Of a stretch of DNA of 64,000 nucleotides, positions 60,984-64,000 are shown one piece after another. A program made the position numbers and the translations under genes. Source of the stretch: an uncultured delta proteobacterium (GTDB lineage: Bacteria; Desulfobacterota; Zymogenia; Zymogenales; Zymogenaceae); contig CAVTLK010000005.1 in assembly GCA_963735595.1 (NCBI GenBank), forward strand, positions 544,001-608,000. Direction: 5' to 3'. Under the pieces are notes generated by a model. That model had not been told where the DNA came from. It was given only the letters and a program-made list of their open reading frames with translations, and ran no database searches. Each line of letters opens with the position of its first letter. Positions within the stretch are counted from its first letter, which is position 1.

Positions 60984-61807
60984 ATGACCTTTCGGCCTGC
61001 GTGGTGGATCAGGTTCCTGGCGATGACATGGCCGCTGACCCGTATCGCGGGGCGAATCTATCCCATTGCCCTGGTCGGACGGCTGCTCACCTTCGTGACG
61101 CTCCCCTTCTTTTCGCCCGCGCAAACAGAGTCTCACCTATATACCGATCAACCGGGAGGTTTCCGGGGAAGGCCTTCCGCCTTTCTGCCGCGTACTATCA
61201 CGGCCGATCTCATCGCCGGGTCGTCCCACCGCGCCGATTATCCATCGACTGTACGTGCCGCATGGACCGGGAGTGCGTCGATCATGACGCGGGCGTGGGG
61301 TGCATGCTGCTGGGCGACGGCGCGGCCGAGATAGACGGAAGGATCGCGCGCCACGTCACGAAGAGGAGGCCCTGGCTCACCTGGACCGGGCGCTCGTAGA
61401 CGGCCTGATGCCGTTGGTCGGCCGGGCCCCGATCGACAATTATATGTGGGGGGTCGCAAACCGCGGCAGGCTCCTGACCGTCTGTTTCTGCTGCCGCTGC
61501 TGCTGCACGATCCTCGGGTCGGCCAGGTACCTGCCGGCCGAGATACACGCGTCGATCATGCCCGTGCCGGGAGTGACGGTCACGACAGATGCGGCGGCCT
61601 GTACGGCGTGCGGCGCCTGTGTTCGGGAGTGCTTCATGGGAGCGCTCACGCTCGTGGGCACGACGGTTGTTCGCGACGAATCGCGATGCAAGGATGCGGG
61701 CGGTGCGCGTCGATTTGCCCCGCGGCGGCCATAAAGTGACGGTAGATCAGCAAACGGCCCGCGCTCAGGTGTCGGGCCGTATCGGGAAGTTTGTCGATTT
61801 CCGATAG
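60984..61807 (+). CDS. 4Fe-4S dicluster protein; multiple frameshifts
   Basis: GAGGAG RBS; CTCR, CFCCRCCC, CTACGACVREC and GCGRCASICP in different frames. Confidence 0.75.
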
Positions 61808-61877
61808 ACGCCGACGGGCGGACGTCTGCCGAGAGGTCCGGCGGAATATCACCGGTCAAATACAGGATTATATAACG

Positions 61878-63404
61878 ATGAAACTCGATGAATTTCAGAC
61901 GCTCGATCGAATCATCCACCCCGCGTCGGTCGCGGTGGTCGGCGCGTCCAGCAGCCCCGGAAAATTCGGCTGGCTCTACCTCAAGGCGCTGATCGATCTC
62001 AATTTTTCGGGCAGGCTCTTTCCCGTCAATGATCACGCCGACGAGATCCTCGGGGTCAAGACCTATTCCTCCCTCGCAGAGCTTCCCGAGGTGCCCGACC
62101 TCCTGGTGGTTACGGTGCCGGCCCGGTTCGTTGCCGACTACCTCGAAGAGGCGCTGGCCCTCGGCATCCCCGGGGCGGTGGTGATGTCCTCGGGATTTAC
62201 GGAGCTGAGCCAGGAGGGCGCCGCCATGCAGGCGCATATCGCCGATATCGCCGCGCGCGGGATTCGGATTATCGGCCCCAACTGCTTCGGGATCTACTCC
62301 CCCAGGGCCGGTATCACCCTGATCCCCGGCTCGGGATTTTCCCGGGATTCGGGGCCGGTCGGGTTTTTTGCCCAGAGCGGCGGGATGACGGCCGACCTCG
62401 GCCAAATGGCGATGAGCCGGGGGATTCGTTTTTCGGCGATGATCAGCTACGGCAACGCCGTGGACGTGGACGAGATCGAACTGCTGGAATATTTTGCCGC
62501 CGACCCGAACACCCAGTTTATCGCTTCCTATATGGAGGGGGTCAAGGACGGCAGGCGGTTTTTTGAGCTGGTCGACAAGGTGGCAAAGGTAAAGCCGGTC
62601 GTCATCTGGAAGGCGGGGATCACCGAGGCGGGGGCGCGCGCGGCGGCAAGCCATACCGGATCGATGGGGGGAAGCCGCGAGCTATGGGAAAGTCTCTTTT
62701 CCCAGACCGGGGTGATCGGCGTCCGGGGATTGGAGGAGATGCTGGACGTCCTGATGATGCTGGCCTACGTCTATCCCCGCGGGGGCAGGAACGTCGCGAT
62801 TGTCGGCGGCGGAGGGGGGCTGGCGGTGGAGGCCTCGGACCTGGCGGAGCTCTCGGGACTCAGGCTTCCCCGGTTCCCGGCCGAGGTGAGCGAGCGGATC
62901 GCGGCCCTGCTGCAGGGGGCGGGGTCGGCGCCCACCAACCCGGTGGACGCGGGAAACCCGGTGGTGCACCCGAGCGTCCTGATAAAGATCATGAAGATGG
63001 CAGCAGAGCTTCCCGAGGTCGATACGCTGATGGTGGTGCAGTTTCTCTTTCACGTCTACATCCTGTTTCGGCGAATGTCCGGCCAGGCCGATATCCCGCT
63101 CTCGACGTTCGCGACGTATCCCGTCCTGGCCGAGGGGATACGGGAGATCTGCAGCGAGTTCGGTAAACCGGTCATCGGCGTGTTTCCCGAAACGGCGACC
63201 TCCGAAAACGACGATGAGGTAGAGCTCGAGATCGAGTGGCGTAAGGCACGTCACGCCCTGCTGAACGCCGGGGCGCCGGTCTACCCCTCCATGGAGCGGG
63301 CGCTCAATGCCCTGGCCAAGGTGGTGGACCACCTCGAGTACCTCAAGTCGCGGGGGATCGTGCCCGCGCCGATCGGGGAGCGCTGCGTTGTGACGCAGTA
63401 TTGA
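61878..63404 (+). CDS. CoA-binding acyl-CoA synthetase (ADP-forming) alpha-type subunit
   Basis: SVAVVGAS, IIGPNCFG, QSGG, SYGN, AAASHTGS and NPVD motifs. Confidence 0.9.
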   Translation: MKLDEFQTLDRIIHPASVAVVGASSSPGKFGWLYLKALIDLNFSGRLFPVNDHADEILGVKTYSSLAELPEVPDLLVVTVPARFVADYLEEALALGIPGAVVMSSGFTELSQEGAAMQAHIADIAARGIRIIGPNCFGIYSPRAGITLIPGSGFSRDSGPVGFFAQSGGMTADLGQMAMSRGIRFSAMISYGNAVDVDEIELLEYFAADPNTQFIASYMEGVKDGRRFFELVDKVAKVKPVVIWKAGITEAGARAAASHTGSMGGSRELWESLFSQTGVIGVRGLEEMLDVLMMLAYVYPRGGRNVAIVGGGGGLAVEASDLAELSGLRLPRFPAEVSERIAALLQGAGSAPTNPVDAGNPVVHPSVLIKIMKMAAELPEVDTLMVVQFLFHVYILFRRMSGQADIPLSTFATYPVLAEGIREICSEFGKPVIGVFPETATSENDDEVELEIEWRKARHALLNAGAPVYPSMERALNALAKVVDHLEYLKSRGIVPAPIGERCVVTQY

Positions 63405-63502
63405 CGACACGCGATAAGCAGGTTTTCGGGGGCCGTCAAGGAGAAGAGGAACTCCTGAATTTTGGTGATACGTGTCGCGTTCGTAATAGACTAACAGATA
63501 GT

Positions 63503-63822
63503 GTGACCAATGAAAGGGATAAGGCCCCGCGCGAGCGCAGCGCCACGATCAGGCAAGATATTATCGAACTGATGAAACGGGGCCCGGTGACCCCCTTTGA
63601 CCTCTCGGGGCTGCTGCGGGTCTCGGAGCGGGAAGCGGCCTTTCACCTGGCGCACGCGCTGGAGACGGCGGAGCGAAATACCGGATAGAGGTCGCACCCG
63701 CCCACTGCAAGTCCTGCGGCTTCGTCTTTAAGGAACGCAAGAAGGTAACCAAGCCCTCCCGCTGCCCGGAGTGTAAAGCGACGAGGGTCGAGGCGGCGGC
63801 CTATTGGATCAGGTCACCGTAG
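63503..63822 (+). CDS. HTH-Zn-ribbon transcriptional regulator; frameshift near 63675
   Basis: TIRQDII.L..HL.H, then in a shifted frame PAHCKSCGFVF...KPSRCPECK. Confidence 0.75.
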
Positions 63823-64000
63823 GAGTGCCTTCGGTGTGTCTTTGACCGACAGGGGATGCGGTGGGACCTTTTGCAGGAGAACGGCGGCATTCTCGCGGGA
63901 GCGAAATCGGCCGTCTCGCGGCCCGCCGCCCGACAAATCCCCGCTATTGCCTTAATTTGCTTGAAACAACCGTTTTTTTATGGTATCTAAACGTTCTATG

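Noticed and set aside
60488..61399. 303-aa ORF spanning the repeats
   Set aside because: Chance read-through of palindromic elements into part of the frameshifted Fe-S gene.

Overview
A 64-kb, GC-rich (roughly 60% by eye) chromosomal segment. The gene content suggests an anaerobic Deltaproteobacteria/Desulfobacterota-like organism (inference). It holds mostly housekeeping and anaerobic-metabolism genes: tungsten-type AOR with MoaD, 2-oxoacid:ferredoxin oxidoreductase beta/gamma, hisS, glgP, pckA, a peptide ABC importer, SbcCD-like genes and several Fe-S proteins. I saw no rRNA, tRNA, CRISPR array, integrase or transposase. About a dozen genes carry single-base frameshifts, often at homopolymers, most likely long-read errors. 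Signals the ORF track misses or does not explain: (1) a UshA-like/tetraheme selenoprotein with an in-frame UGA (CGU motif) and a SECIS-like hairpin; (2) an orphan protein with a twin-arginine-like leader and about 22 Tyr-X-Asn/Asp triplets that looks like a radical-SAM RiPP precursor; (3) two paralogous RRM genes sharing a conserved structured leader of about 200 nt; (4) three integrase-free cargo insertions of about 2 kb, each flanked by a duplicated 3' end of the upstream gene; (5) a Moco/Tuco-type riboswitch candidate ahead of aor; (6) a stand-alone MshEN-like gene inside the peptide ABC operon; (7) four families of palindromic REP/MITE-like elements.
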